From the NCBI GenBank assembly GCA_016234845.1, contig JACRNP010000090.1:3434-67433 (forward strand): a stretch of DNA of 64,000 bases, in the 5' to 3' direction. Source of the DNA: Deltaproteobacteria bacterium. Lineage in GTDB: Bacteria > Desulfobacterota > Deferrimicrobia > Deferrimicrobiales > Deferrimicrobiaceae. A program made the translations under genes and the position numbers. Below are positions 48,862 to 58,288 of the stretch, in pieces (within the stretch, counting starts at the first letter, position 1; each line of letters begins with the position of its first letter). The notes under the pieces are model-generated. The model saw only the letters and a program-made list of their open reading frames with translations, ran no database searches and had not been told where the DNA came from.

Positions 48862-49400
48862 AGGACCTCGAGCGCGCCCTGGTACGTCGCGTAGGTGACC
48901 GGATCGTACAGGACGAACCGGACGCGGTACGGGGCGACGGCTTCGGTGGACAGGAACGACGCGACGGCTCCAAGCGCCACCGGGGCCGCCATCTCCGGCG
49001 GGTACCCGTAGATCCCCGTGCTGATCGACGGGAACGCCACGGTGTGGAGACCGAGGGTCGCGGCGATCCGGAGGGCGTTCCGGTAGCAGGAGGCGAGCAA
49101 CGCGGCTTCGCCGTGCTCCCCCCCCTGCCACACCGGACCGACGGCGTGGATCACGTGGCGGGCGTGGAGTCTGCCGCCTCCGGTCAGGACCGCCTCGCCC
49201 ACCGGGCAGTCGCCGCGGGCGGCCCGCAGGACCCGGCACTCCGCGAGGATCTCCGGCCCGCCGGCCTTGTGGATGGCCCCGTCGACTCCGCCGCCGCCGA
49301 GGAGGGACGGGTTCGCGGCGTTCACGATCGCGTCGACCTCCTGTCGCGTGATGTCGCCCAGGACGAGTTCGATCACTCTGCCGGAGACGGTTTTTTCCAT
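48858..49400 (-). CDS. Macro domain O-acetyl-ADP-ribose deacetylase (YmdB-like)
   Basis: [40 protein letters not shown]. Confidence 0.93.
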   Translation of the reverse strand: MEKTVSGRVIELVLGDITRQEVDAIVNAANPSLLGGGGVDGAIHKAGGPEILAECRVLRAARGDCPVGEAVLTGGGRLHARHVIHAVGPVWQGGEHGEAALLASCYRNALRIAATLGLHTVAFPSISTGIYGYPPEMAAPVALGAVASFLSTEAVAPYRVRFVLYDPVTYATYQGALEVL

Positions 49401-49434
49401 GGCGCATATTATACGATCAAACGCCGCGGAGGGG

Positions 49435-50678
49435 ATGGCCGACTCCCTCCGGCGTTCCCTCCGGAACCGCCCCGGTCTTCGGACGCTGCTTACGGCCGTA
49501 TCGAAGGCGGTCCGGGAGGCCGGCGGGAAGGTCTACCTCGCGGGCGGCTACCCGCGCGACCTGATGGAGGGGAAGGAGGCCGGGGACGCGGACCTCCTGG
49601 TCACCGGGCTCGGCCTCCGTCGGCTGGGGGCGCTTCTGCGGTCGCTCCCCGCTCGCGAAGCGGGCATCCGCGGCGTCGTGTCGGCGGGCCGGCATTTCCC
49701 GGTGCACCGGATCGCGCTGGAGCGGGAGAGAGGGTACGTCGACGTCTCCGCGGGCAGGACCGTCCCGGCGCAGGCGGAACGCGGGGCCGTCCCCCGGGGA
49801 GTCGCGGATCCGGAGGCGTACGCCGACGCGTCCCGCCGGGATTTCACGATCAACAGCCTTCTCTTTCCCGTTTCTCCCGGACGCGCGGCGCGGGACGGGA
49901 AACTGCTCGATTTCTTCGGCGGAGCGGACGACCTGCGCCGGAAGCGGATCCGATGCGTCGGGGATCCGGAGGACCGGTTCCGCGAAGACCCGGTGCGCAT
50001 GCTGCGGGCGGTGCGCGCGAAGAACGAACGAAGGGGATTCTCGATCGATCCGGCGACGGCGCGGGAGATCCGCCGCCTGGGGCCGACGCTGCTGCCCGGG
50101 CTACCGATGGACAGGGTTTCCGCCGAACTGGTCCGGACTCTCTCCGCGGACCCCGCCGGGTCGGTGGAGCGATCGGCCGCCCTCTCCCGATTCCGGTCCT
50201 GCTCGCGAACCTGTTCGCCGACCTCCCGGAACCTCCGCCGAGGGAAGCGTTGCGTCGCCTCCGGCTCCCCGCGGTCCGAAGCGTGTCGGCGATGCTGTCC
50301 GCGCTGGATATCTTGCGCCACCCGGAACGGTGCCGATACCCGCTGGCGGAAACCGAGGCGGTTCTCGCGCGCGCCGAAGATTCCCGGGCCCTTGCGGCCT
50401 TGTATCGATCGGTGATGAAGGAGTCGGGGCTGCGGCCGCGGAACCTGATCCTTTTCTCGAGGAAATGCGGCGCGACGCCGGTTTGGATCAACGGTTCATG
50501 GCTGGTCGACAATGGGTTTCCCGAGGGGCCGTCAAGAGAGGACGCCCTCCTTCGGGTAAGGGAGGCCTCCCTGTCCGGCGAAGTTCGCGGCAGGCGGGAG
50601 GCGGAAGCGCTCGCACGTTCGCTGGCAAGGAATATAATGGAGTCGGGTCCGGGCCGGAACGGAAAGGAGCCCTCATGA
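49435..50678 (+). pseudogene. CCA-adding/poly(A) polymerase family nucleotidyltransferase, frameshifted near 50170
   Basis: GGYPRD..DADL, RRDFTINS, EDPVRMLRA in one frame; C-terminus (INGSWL..GFPEGP..EAEALAR) in another frame ending at an ATGA overlap with the next gene. Confidence 0.75.
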
Positions 50679-50995
50679 TCACCGCGGTCGCAAATCGAAT
50701 GGCCGTGATCGCGGTCCTTCTCGCGCTTCTGCTTCCATCCGGATGCGCGACGGCGCCGCCGGAGACGAAACCGGACGCTTCCTCTCCGTATACCGTCCGG
50801 ATCCCCGGCGCGGAACCGGTGGAGCTCGAGGCGACGACCGCCCCTCCCGCCCACCAACCCGAGCTTCCCCCCAACGACGCCGACGAGAAGAAGGGGCGCT
50901 GGCTCCGCGTGATCGAAGTGGAGCGCAATCCTAAACCGGCGGCGCCGGCAACCGGCGGGGAACCCGCCGCGCCCGCGGCCGCGCCCGGCAACTGA
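50675..50995 (+). CDS. Pro/Ala-rich putative lipoprotein
   Basis: AAGGAG RBS, hydrophobic signal ending LPSGC. Confidence 0.7.
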   Translation: MITAVANRMAVIAVLLALLLPSGCATAPPETKPDASSPYTVRIPGAEPVELEATTAPPAHQPELPPNDADEKKGRWLRVIEVERNPKPAAPATGGEPAAPAAAPGN

Positions 50996-51012
50996 TCATC
51001 GGGGGGGGAAGG

Positions 51013-52743
51013 TCAGCGGGACCGTCCGCCCTCGCCGCGCCCGCCGCCGCCGAAATCACCTCGGCCGCCGCCTCCGCCCCGATCGCCTCCGCCGCCGCGT
51101 TCGCCTCCTCCGCCGCGACCGCCGCCGATGCCCCGCTCGCCGCGGAGATCCCTGCCCGCGTCCCCGCCGCTCGGAGCGCGGACGGCCGGAGCCCGTTCCT
51201 CACGCGCGCGCTCACCGGCGTCGGCGGGAGTGCGGGACTGCACCCGGGGAACGGCCTCGGGCGTACGGGACGGCGTGCCCCCTTCGCGCGGCGCGCTCTC
51301 GGGCGGACGGGTCAGCGTCCGTCCCTCGCGCGGCGCCACGCCGCCGCGGCCGACATTCCGCTCGCGGTCCGCCTTCCCTTGCGTGACCGACCGGTCCCGC
51401 GGTACGCGGACCGGCCGTTCCATGGTTCGCGACGGCGGCGTCCTCACGACGGGCGCGGTCGATCCTCCCGTCCGCCCGCGCTCCACGACGGCGGGTCGCC
51501 CCATGGTCCGCTCGGGACGGATCCCCCGGTTATCGGGCCTCGGGTTCGCCTGTATCGCCTGCCGAACCGCGGTCTGGCGCTCCGCCCGGACCGCCGCCCA
51601 GTCGCGCCACTCGCGGCGATTGTCGCCCGCCCGCGTGAACACCCTCCCCGGTTCCAGCGGACGGTTCCATCGGGCGAGCCGGGAATCTCCGGGGCGGAAC
51701 TCCGCGCGGCGGAACCTCTCCCCCGGGCGCAACGGGACCCAGCGGACATCCCGCCCTTCCGGGACGAACCGGACCCTCGCGGAGTGGAAGAACACGTTGT
51801 GGTGGAAATGGCGGAACGACCCGAAGAAGAAATTGACCGACACGAACGAGTTGTACGGAGTCCAGAACCATCCGAAAACGGGATCGGAAAGCCAGTACCC
51901 GCACCGATACGGGTACCAGCCCCACGGCTCGTTCGATACCCACGTCCACCCGTACGGCGAGATCCAGACCCAGCGGCCGTACACGTACGGGGACCACCCC
52001 GCCGCGACCCTCGGACGCCACACGTACCCGTACGTCGGGACGGTGACCCACTCTCCGTAATCGGAAAGTTCGCTCGCCACCGTCGGCGGGACGTCGCCGT
52101 GCCGCGCCGATTCCGGAGGCGGGGAGGAAGCCGTGTAATCCGCGCCTCCGCCGCGATACCGGTCGATCGTGACGTCGCCGCCGATCGTCGCAACCTCCCC
52201 CTCCCGCAGCCGGAAATCGTCTCCGTCCTGCGTGACCGTCGCCGCTCCCCGGCGGACGACCAGGCGGGTCTCGTCGACGTCGGTGACGGTCAGCCAGAAC
52301 CTGCCCGGCCCGGGAAAGTGGGTGCGACCGCCGCCCGGAATCCGGACGGTCACCGGCGCGAAATCGTCATCGGGGAGGTCGAACCGGATCTCTCCGGCCC
52401 GCAGGCGGAAGGTGGATTTCCCCTCCTGGGCGTCCCGCAGCTCGAGGTCGGTTCCCGACGTCAACAGGACGAACTGTGAGCCGTGGAACTGCAGCTCCGC
52501 CTCGGAGCCTTCCGGCACGCTGATCCGGCTCCGGGGCGGAAGCGGCGCGTTGCTCGGGAACTCCTGCCACTCCCCCTCGTCCGCCAGGCGGACCCCCACC
52601 GACCCGGCCAGAACCTTCAGGCGGGCGACGGAGTAGGCGGGGATTCCCGCGTCATCCCCCTCGCGGTCTTCCGCACCGGCGGGAAACGCGAACGACAGGA
52701 CGAAAACGACGATCGCCGACAGGATACGGACAGCGCGTTTCAT
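51013..52743 (-). CDS. Exported FecR-like + DUF6600-type Trp/Gly-rich protein with an Arg/Gly low-complexity tail
   Basis: Signal peptide, FecR-like beta region, LSDYGEW..YGYVWRP..WSPYVYGRW..PWGWYPYRCGYW. Confidence 0.8.
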   Translation of the reverse strand: MKRAVRILSAIVVFVLSFAFPAGAEDREGDDAGIPAYSVARLKVLAGSVGVRLADEGEWQEFPSNAPLPPRSRISVPEGSEAELQFHGSQFVLLTSGTDLELRDAQEGKSTFRLRAGEIRFDLPDDDFAPVTVRIPGGGRTHFPGPGRFWLTVTDVDETRLVVRRGAATVTQDGDDFRLREGEVATIGGDVTIDRYRGGGADYTASSPPPESARHGDVPPTVASELSDYGEWVTVPTYGYVWRPRVAAGWSPYVYGRWVWISPYGWTWVSNEPWGWYPYRCGYWLSDPVFGWFWTPYNSFVSVNFFFGSFRHFHHNVFFHSARVRFVPEGRDVRWVPLRPGERFRRAEFRPGDSRLARWNRPLEPGRVFTRAGDNRREWRDWAAVRAERQTAVRQAIQANPRPDNRGIRPERTMGRPAVVERGRTGGSTAPVVRTPPSRTMERPVRVPRDRSVTQGKADRERNVGRGGVAPREGRTLTRPPESAPREGGTPSRTPEAVPRVQSRTPADAGERAREERAPAVRAPSGGDAGRDLRGERGIGGGRGGGGERGGGGDRGGGGGRGDFGGGGRGEGGRSR

Positions 52744-52852
52744 GGCGTGTACCTCCCGCTTTCCTTACACGTTAGACGCGCCGGGGTACGACGAATATTC
52801 ACCCCCGTACTGCTATACTTGACCCTCTTATACCACGACGGGGAGCACCGAC

Positions 52853-53560
52853 TTGTACCGACTCACCGAGCGGAACCGCACCATCGGGGAGATGTTCTCC
52901 GGGATCGCCCCGAGGTACGACTTCCTGAACCGGCTCCTGTCCCTGGGGGTGGACCGGGGATGGCGGCGCCGCGCCGTGGCGGAGATGATCCCCTTGCGCG
53001 GGGGCCGGCACCTCGACGTGGCCACGGGAACGGCGGACATGGCGCTGGAGGTCGTTCGTCAGAAGGGAGGGGAGGCCGCCGTCGCGGCCGCGGACATCTC
53101 CCTCGAGATGATGCGGATCGGGCGGGAGAAGTGCCGCAAGGGGGGATCCGCGGCGCGGGTCGCCTTCGTCCGGGCACCGGGGGAATCGCTCCCGTTCCGC
53201 GACGGGACGTTCGATTCGGCGTGCGTCGCCTTCGGCATCCGGAACGTCGTGGACCGCGAGCGGGGCCTGGGAGAGATGTGCCGCGTCGTCCGCGCCGGCG
53301 GGCGCGTCGTGGTGCTCGAGTTCTCCTCGCCCGAAGGGACCTTCTTCGGGGCTCTCTACCGGTTCTACTTCACTCGGGTCCTTCCGGCGGTCGCCGGGCT
53401 CTTCTCCCGCCGGTCGGCGTACCGGTACCTTCCGGAATCGGTCCTGGCGTTCCCCTCGCCCGCCGACTTCGAGGCGATGATGCGGGCCGCCGGCTGCCGG
53501 TCGGTCTCCCGCCGCCCGCTGACCCTCGGGATCGTGACCCTGTACGTCGGAGTCCGCTAG
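52853..53560 (+). CDS. ubiE: Ubiquinone/menaquinone C-methyltransferase UbiE/MenG
   Basis: [46 protein letters not shown]. Confidence 0.9.
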   Translation: MYRLTERNRTIGEMFSGIAPRYDFLNRLLSLGVDRGWRRRAVAEMIPLRGGRHLDVATGTADMALEVVRQKGGEAAVAAADISLEMMRIGREKCRKGGSAARVAFVRAPGESLPFRDGTFDSACVAFGIRNVVDRERGLGEMCRVVRAGGRVVVLEFSSPEGTFFGALYRFYFTRVLPAVAGLFSRRSAYRYLPESVLAFPSPADFEAMMRAAGCRSVSRRPLTLGIVTLYVGVR

Positions 53561-54537
53561 ATCGTCGCGGGCCCGTCCGCGTCGAACCACCCTTCGAACA
53601 GCGCCGTGGTCATGTACCGTTCCCCAGCGTCCGGCAGGATCGCCACGATCGTCTTTCCCGCGAACTCGGGGAGTTTCGCCAGGCGGACGGCCACCGCCGC
53701 CGCGGCCCCGCAGGAGATGCCGGAGAGAAACCCCTCCTCCCGCGCCAGGCGCCGCGCGAACGCGATGGATTCGTCGTTGGACACCGTCTCCACGCGGTCG
53801 ACGAGCGACAGGTCCAGCACGTCCGGGATGAATCCCGCGCCGATCCCCTGGATCTTGTGGGGCCCCGGCGCCAGCGGCTGTCCGTTGCGCTTCTGCGTGA
53901 TCACCGGGCTGTGCACCGGCTCCACCGCCACCGAGACGATCTTCTTCCCCTTCGTATTCTTGATGTAGCGGGACACTCCGGTGATCGTCCCCCCGGTGCC
54001 CACGCCGGACACGAGGACGTCGATGGCCCCCCCGGAAGCCTCCCAGATCTCCGGCCCGGTGGTCGCCTCGTGCACGGCGGGATTCGCGGGGTTCTTGAAC
54101 TGCTGGGGCATGAAGTAATTCTTCGGGTCGGAGGCGACGATCTGCTCGGCCTTCTCGATGGCGCCCTTCATCCCCTTGGCCCCCTCCGTGAGCACGAGCT
54201 TGGCCCCGAACGCCTTCAGCACCTGGCGGCGCTCGACGCTCATCGTCTCGGGCATCGTGAGGATCACCCCGTACCCGCGGGCCGCGGCGACGAACGCAAG
54301 GGCGATCCCGGTGTTGCCCGACGTCGGCTCCACGATGGTCTTCCCGGGGCCGAGCAGCCCCCGCTTCTCCGCGTCCCACACCATCGACGCGCCGATCCGG
54401 CACTTCACGGAGTACGACGGGTTGCGCCCCTCCACCTTCGCGAGCACGGTCGCGCCCGCTCCGTCCGTTATCCGGTTGAGCTTCACGAGCGGCGTGTTTC
54501 CGATCGACAGGGAATTGTCCGCAAACCAGGTCGCCAT
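53557..54537 (-). CDS. cysK: Cysteine synthase A
   Basis: [40 protein letters not shown]. Confidence 0.95.
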   Translation of the reverse strand: MATWFADNSLSIGNTPLVKLNRITDGAGATVLAKVEGRNPSYSVKCRIGASMVWDAEKRGLLGPGKTIVEPTSGNTGIALAFVAAARGYGVILTMPETMSVERRQVLKAFGAKLVLTEGAKGMKGAIEKAEQIVASDPKNYFMPQQFKNPANPAVHEATTGPEIWEASGGAIDVLVSGVGTGGTITGVSRYIKNTKGKKIVSVAVEPVHSPVITQKRNGQPLAPGPHKIQGIGAGFIPDVLDLSLVDRVETVSNDESIAFARRLAREEGFLSGISCGAAAAVAVRLAKLPEFAGKTIVAILPDAGERYMTTALFEGWFDADGPATI

Positions 54538-54555
54538 CGCTATCCTCCTTAATGT

Positions 54556-54596
54556 CTATAGTTTATATAGTATTTACCGCTCCTCCCCCCTGTCAA
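54556..54596 (-). promoter_or_regulatory. cysK promoter with an overlapping AT-rich palindrome
   Basis: Minus strand TTGACA(54596-54591)-N18-TACTAT; CTATA-N5-TATAG at 54556-54570. Confidence 0.6.
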
Positions 54597-54646
54597 GACA
54601 AATGTTTCCGCTTTTCTTTTCCGATCGGAACCCCTATTTTCAATCG

Positions 54647-55231
54647 ATGGAAATCCGAAGGCTCTGCGTGTTCTGCAGTTCGAGCGACCGCCTCCCGGAG
54701 CGGTTCCGCGCGGAAACGCGCGCGCTGGGGGAACGGATGGCGGATCGGGGGATGGAGCTGGTCTACGGCGGCGGCTCGGTCGGGTTGATGGGGGTCCTCG
54801 CGGACGCGGTCCTTGCGGGCGGCGGAAAGGTGACCGGCGTCATCCCGGGTTTCCTCTCGACGAAGGAGCTCGCGCACTTCGGGCTCACGAAGATGATCGT
54901 CACGCGCTCCATGCACGAGAGGAAGCAGGAGATGAGCCGCCTGGCCGACGCGTTCGCCATCCTTCCGGGCGGCTTCGGCACGCTGGACGAATTCTTCGAG
55001 ATCCTCACCTGGAAGCAGCTCGGGCTGCACTCCCGCCCGATCGTCGTCGCAAACTCGGGGAGATGGTTCGATCCGCTGATGGAATATTGCCGCCGCGCGG
55101 TGGAGTCGGGGGCGGTGACGCAGGAGAACGCGGAGCTGTTCACCGTGGTGAAACGCGCGCCGGACATCGTCGACTGCCTGGTCCGGAAACGGTCGGCGCC
55201 GTCGGCCGCGAAGCGGCTGTCCCGCTCCTGA
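54647..55231 (+). CDS. LOG family nucleotide monophosphate nucleosidase (TIGR00730)
   Basis: VYGGGSVGLMG, MHERK, LPGGFGTLDE, TWKQLG. Confidence 0.92.
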   Translation: MEIRRLCVFCSSSDRLPERFRAETRALGERMADRGMELVYGGGSVGLMGVLADAVLAGGGKVTGVIPGFLSTKELAHFGLTKMIVTRSMHERKQEMSRLADAFAILPGGFGTLDEFFEILTWKQLGLHSRPIVVANSGRWFDPLMEYCRRAVESGAVTQENAELFTVVKRAPDIVDCLVRKRSAPSAAKRLSRS

Positions 55232-55234
55232 CCG

Positions 55235-56074
55235 TCATTCCGGCGGCATCGCCCCCGGGTCCCTGTTCCGCAGCAGGTAGCGGATGACGGAGGAGGCGAA
55301 GACGACCAGGAAGTGCGCCTCCCCCGGATCGAGCGGTTCCGGCGGCTCCCCTTCCCCCTCGACGGGAAGGCCGGAAAGCCGGTGCGCCCGCCGCAGGATC
55401 TCCTCGATCCCCCTCGCGAGGGGCGCCGGGATCCGGGCCGCCTCGGCCGCCGGGGCGATCGACCCGACGACGACGGCGGGGACGGGTCCGCCCGGGCCGG
55501 CGGACCGGGTCGCGGCGTCCAGGGTTACGGCCGCCACCGCGAGGAGCGCTTCCCGTACGGCGCCCCGGGTTTCCGGATCCGGGCGCCGCGAGAGGTAGGC
55601 GATCGCGGTGTCCAGGTGCCGGCCCGCGGCGGCGAGGTCGAAAAGGCGCACCGCTTCCTCCGCCTCGGCCACCTCGTCGAATCCCATCAGGTCCTGGTAC
55701 GGCCGGAACCGGTCGTGGAACAGCCGCACCGCGGCCCCTTCCCTCTCGAGAAGCTCGTTCACTCCCCGGCGGATCAGCTTCCGGTCGACCTCCTTCAGCC
55801 CCGCGTGCTCGTCCGCGAGAAGAAACTCGAACAGATCGTACAACCGGTGATCGGGAAGGGAGAGAAACCGCTCCTTGAGCGCGAGCCGGGAGGCGTCGTT
55901 GTCGGCGAGCGGCAGTTCGTCGATCGGCTCCTTGAAAAACGCGACGCACGCCCCCCGCAGCACGGTGGTCCACGCCACCCGGGAGAAATCGGTGGAGGCG
56001 ACCACCCGGAAGAGGAGGTTCCAGAGGGAGTTCCGCAGGGCCGTTCCCGCAGCGCCATCCTTTTCTCCGGTCAT
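55235..56074 (-). CDS. AbiJ-NTD4-like protein with a degenerate C-terminal HEPN-like region
   Basis: LRNSLWN, FFKEPIDELP, LYDLFEF, NELLERE, HLDTAIAYLSRRPDP..AVREAL, EAHFLVVFASSVIRYL resemble this family (recognised from memory). Confidence 0.6.
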   Translation of the reverse strand: MTGEKDGAAGTALRNSLWNLLFRVVASTDFSRVAWTTVLRGACVAFFKEPIDELPLADNDASRLALKERFLSLPDHRLYDLFEFLLADEHAGLKEVDRKLIRRGVNELLEREGAAVRLFHDRFRPYQDLMGFDEVAEAEEAVRLFDLAAAGRHLDTAIAYLSRRPDPETRGAVREALLAVAAVTLDAATRSAGPGGPVPAVVVGSIAPAAEAARIPAPLARGIEEILRRAHRLSGLPVEGEGEPPEPLDPGEAHFLVVFASSVIRYLLRNRDPGAMPPE

Positions 56075-56092
56075 GCGGTGGATTATAGACCG

Positions 56093-56130
56093 AAAAAACG
56101 GAAACGCCCCGGGGGGATGTCCCCGGGGCG
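56093..56130 (-). terminator. Intrinsic terminator after the YXWGXW protein gene
   Basis: cgccccgggg/ccccggggcg stem followed on the minus strand by tttccgtttttt. Confidence 0.7.
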
Positions 56131-56167
56131 CCCACCGGTTGGGTTGACTCACGCCGACACGCGCTCC

Positions 56168-56584
56168 CTACCCCCTCTCCTCCCAGTGCCCGGGGATCCA
56201 GACCTGCGTCCTCACCCGCTCGTAATGGCCCGGGACCCAGACGCGCCGTCCGCTTCGGTATCCGTCGTCGTCCTCGTCGTCGTCGTCCCCGCGGTGGGAG
56301 TACCGTTCGATCTCCCAGTGCCCCGGGACCCACGCGCGCTCGTACCGCGTCTCGTACCGGCCGGGGACCCAGACCTGCTCGGGCGGGGGAGCGTAATACG
56401 TCCGCGGGGGAGGGGCGTAGACCGGTTCGTACGCATGGGAGTGCGCGATGGCGTTGCCGAGGATGTGCAGCCCGATCACTCCGGTGAGGACCTTCCCGGC
56501 AACCGACCAGCCGCCGTCGGCCGAGGCGGCCATGGGGGCCGCGAGGAGCGCGACGGCCAGGGTGATGGCGATCAGCTTCTTCAT
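56168..56584 (-). CDS. Secreted YXWGXW/WXXGXW-repeat protein
   Basis: Signal peptide MKKLIAIT; repeats VWVPGRY, AWVPGHW, VWVPGHY, VWIPGHW; AGGAG RBS. Confidence 0.85.
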   Translation of the reverse strand: MKKLIAITLAVALLAAPMAASADGGWSVAGKVLTGVIGLHILGNAIAHSHAYEPVYAPPPRTYYAPPPEQVWVPGRYETRYERAWVPGHWEIERYSHRGDDDDEDDDGYRSGRRVWVPGHYERVRTQVWIPGHWEERG

Positions 56585-56725
56585 GATCTCTCTCCTCCTT
56601 CGTCGTCCCGGGGAGCCTCGCCGGCCGTCCCCGGCGGTCGATATCCCGTCCGTACCCATCCGACGAAGGAGGGGTTCCCGTTATTCAGCGGGGGAGAGGT
56701 TTTCCGGGGAGCCGGCGCGGAGCGT

Positions 56726-57184
56726 TCATTCGGCGGAGATGAGGAGGATCAGGACACCGGACTGGTGGGAAGGCCCCCCGACCAGCACCATCCCCCCCCG
56801 GGTGAGCCCCAGGGTGGTCGTCAGGAGGTTCCTCCCGCCTTCCTGGATCTGGACGGAAAGGCGGACCTTGTTCCCCTGCGCGGGGAGCGGCGTGACGCGC
56901 ATCGAGCGGCGACCGGGAAGCTCGAAGTCCCCGGTCTCCCCGACGGACAGGGAGCGCCGCTTCCGGTCGAGCATCCGGTAGGAAGAGTAGTTGAACATCG
57001 ATCGGAGCTTCCCCCGGATGTTTTCCAGGGCGGGATCGATCGACGATCCCTCGTTGGAGGCGTACACCGATCCGATGTCGACGGAGACGGTACCCGGAGC
57101 GGCGGAGGCCGTGGAAGCCGCGACCAGGAGGAGCAGGACTACGCTGACGGCGGCGGCCAGCCGCCCGGGGCTAGGACTTGGCAT
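56726..57184 (-). CDS. Exported hypothetical protein of the ECF locus
   Basis: Signal peptide; overlaps the anti-sigma gene; beta-rich C-terminus ending VLVGGP..VLILLISAE. Confidence 0.75.
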   Translation of the reverse strand: MPSPSPGRLAAAVSVVLLLLVAASTASAAPGTVSVDIGSVYASNEGSSIDPALENIRGKLRSMFNYSSYRMLDRKRRSLSVGETGDFELPGRRSMRVTPLPAQGNKVRLSVQIQEGGRNLLTTTLGLTRGGMVLVGGPSHQSGVLILLISAE

Positions 57185-57644
57185 CTTCGATGATCCAGAT
57201 CACCCTGGGCAGCTCCTCCCCCTTGTCGACGAGCGCGACGGTGGCCACGTCGGACTCCACGTCCTCGACGGCGACGTCGAAGTGGCGCGGATTGAACGGC
57301 GGCCGATCCGCTCCCGTAGGGTAGAACAGCAGGGCGAAAACGGCAAGCGCCAGGGCCGCGGGAAGCCACGCCCACCGCCAAGCGAGGGAGCGCGCGGGCT
57401 TCCTCCCCCGCTCCGCGATCCCCGCGCGGACGCGCGTCCACAGCACGTCGAGCTGCGGCGCCTTTTCCTCCGCCCGCAGGACGGCCAGGGAGCGAAGCAG
57501 CGGTCCCACCGCCATCGTGCGCGCGTTCTCCGCCGCGCACTCCGCGCACGCGGACAGGTGCGCGTCGAGTTCGGTCGAACACGACGGGGGGAGAGCCCCG
57601 TCGGCCCGTTCCGCGATCCGGTCGAGAGCCGTCCTGCAGTCCAT
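57171..57644 (-). CDS. Zinc-binding (zf-HC2) transmembrane anti-sigma factor
   Basis: MDC...HLSACAEC ZAS motif, single TM helix. Confidence 0.88.
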   Translation of the reverse strand: MDCRTALDRIAERADGALPPSCSTELDAHLSACAECAAENARTMAVGPLLRSLAVLRAEEKAPQLDVLWTRVRAGIAERGRKPARSLAWRWAWLPAALALAVFALLFYPTGADRPPFNPRHFDVAVEDVESDVATVALVDKGEELPRVIWIIEDAKS

Positions 57645-57651
57645 CTCGTCC

Positions 57652-58242
57652 CTACCCTTTCCTGTGCCCGCCCAAGGCTTCCTTTAGCTTCCCGCGGGCG
57701 TAATGGAGACGGGACATCACCGTCCCTACCGAACACCCCATGGACTCCGCGATCTCCTCGTACGCCATCCCGTCCACTTCCCGGAGGAGGATGACCGCCC
57801 GGTGGTACTCCGGGAGGGCCGCGATGGCCCTCTGCAGCGCCTCTCCCAGCTCCCGGTTCTGGGCGAGCTCCTCGGGAGTCCTCGGGTACGCGAACGAATC
57901 GGGAGGCGACGCATCCTCCGAAAGCCAATTCTCCTCGAGCGGCACCTCCGCCGACCGGGCGGACTTCCTCCAACGGTCGATCGCCTGGTTCACGAGGAGG
58001 CGGTAGAACCAGGTGTAGAAGTTCGATCCGAACCGGAACTCCTTCAACTTGTAGAACGCCTTTACGAACGACTCCTGCACCACGTCCAGCGCGTCGTCCC
58101 CGTCGCCGACGATCCCCACCGCGACGCCGAACGCCCTTCCCTTGTACCGCTCCATGAGCGCCCGGAACGCCTCCTCGTCGCCGCCGAGGGTCGCGCGGAT
58201 CAACGCCTCGTCCGGGATGCCCGCCTTCGCCCCCTCGTTCAT
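57652..58242 (-). CDS. ECF RNA polymerase sigma factor (RpoE-like)
   Basis: DALDVVQESF, FYTWFYR, LREVDGMAYEEIA..GTVMSRLHYAR. Confidence 0.93.
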   Translation of the reverse strand: MNEGAKAGIPDEALIRATLGGDEEAFRALMERYKGRAFGVAVGIVGDGDDALDVVQESFVKAFYKLKEFRFGSNFYTWFYRLLVNQAIDRWRKSARSAEVPLEENWLSEDASPPDSFAYPRTPEELAQNRELGEALQRAIAALPEYHRAVILLREVDGMAYEEIAESMGCSVGTVMSRLHYARGKLKEALGGHRKG

Positions 58243-58288
58243 AGGACGGAGCGCTCCCCCCGACTATTCACGCGCCGAACCCGGATTC

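Noticed and set aside
42880..49400. Genomic island integrated at tRNA-Thr extending over the downstream genes
   Set aside because: The att-like repeat closes at 43190; downstream genes have host-like composition and there is no integrase
48858..49400. Functional link between the macro-domain gene and the pseudo-ARH at 5279-6877
   Set aside because: They are over 40 kb apart, and YmdB-like macro domains are common housekeeping genes
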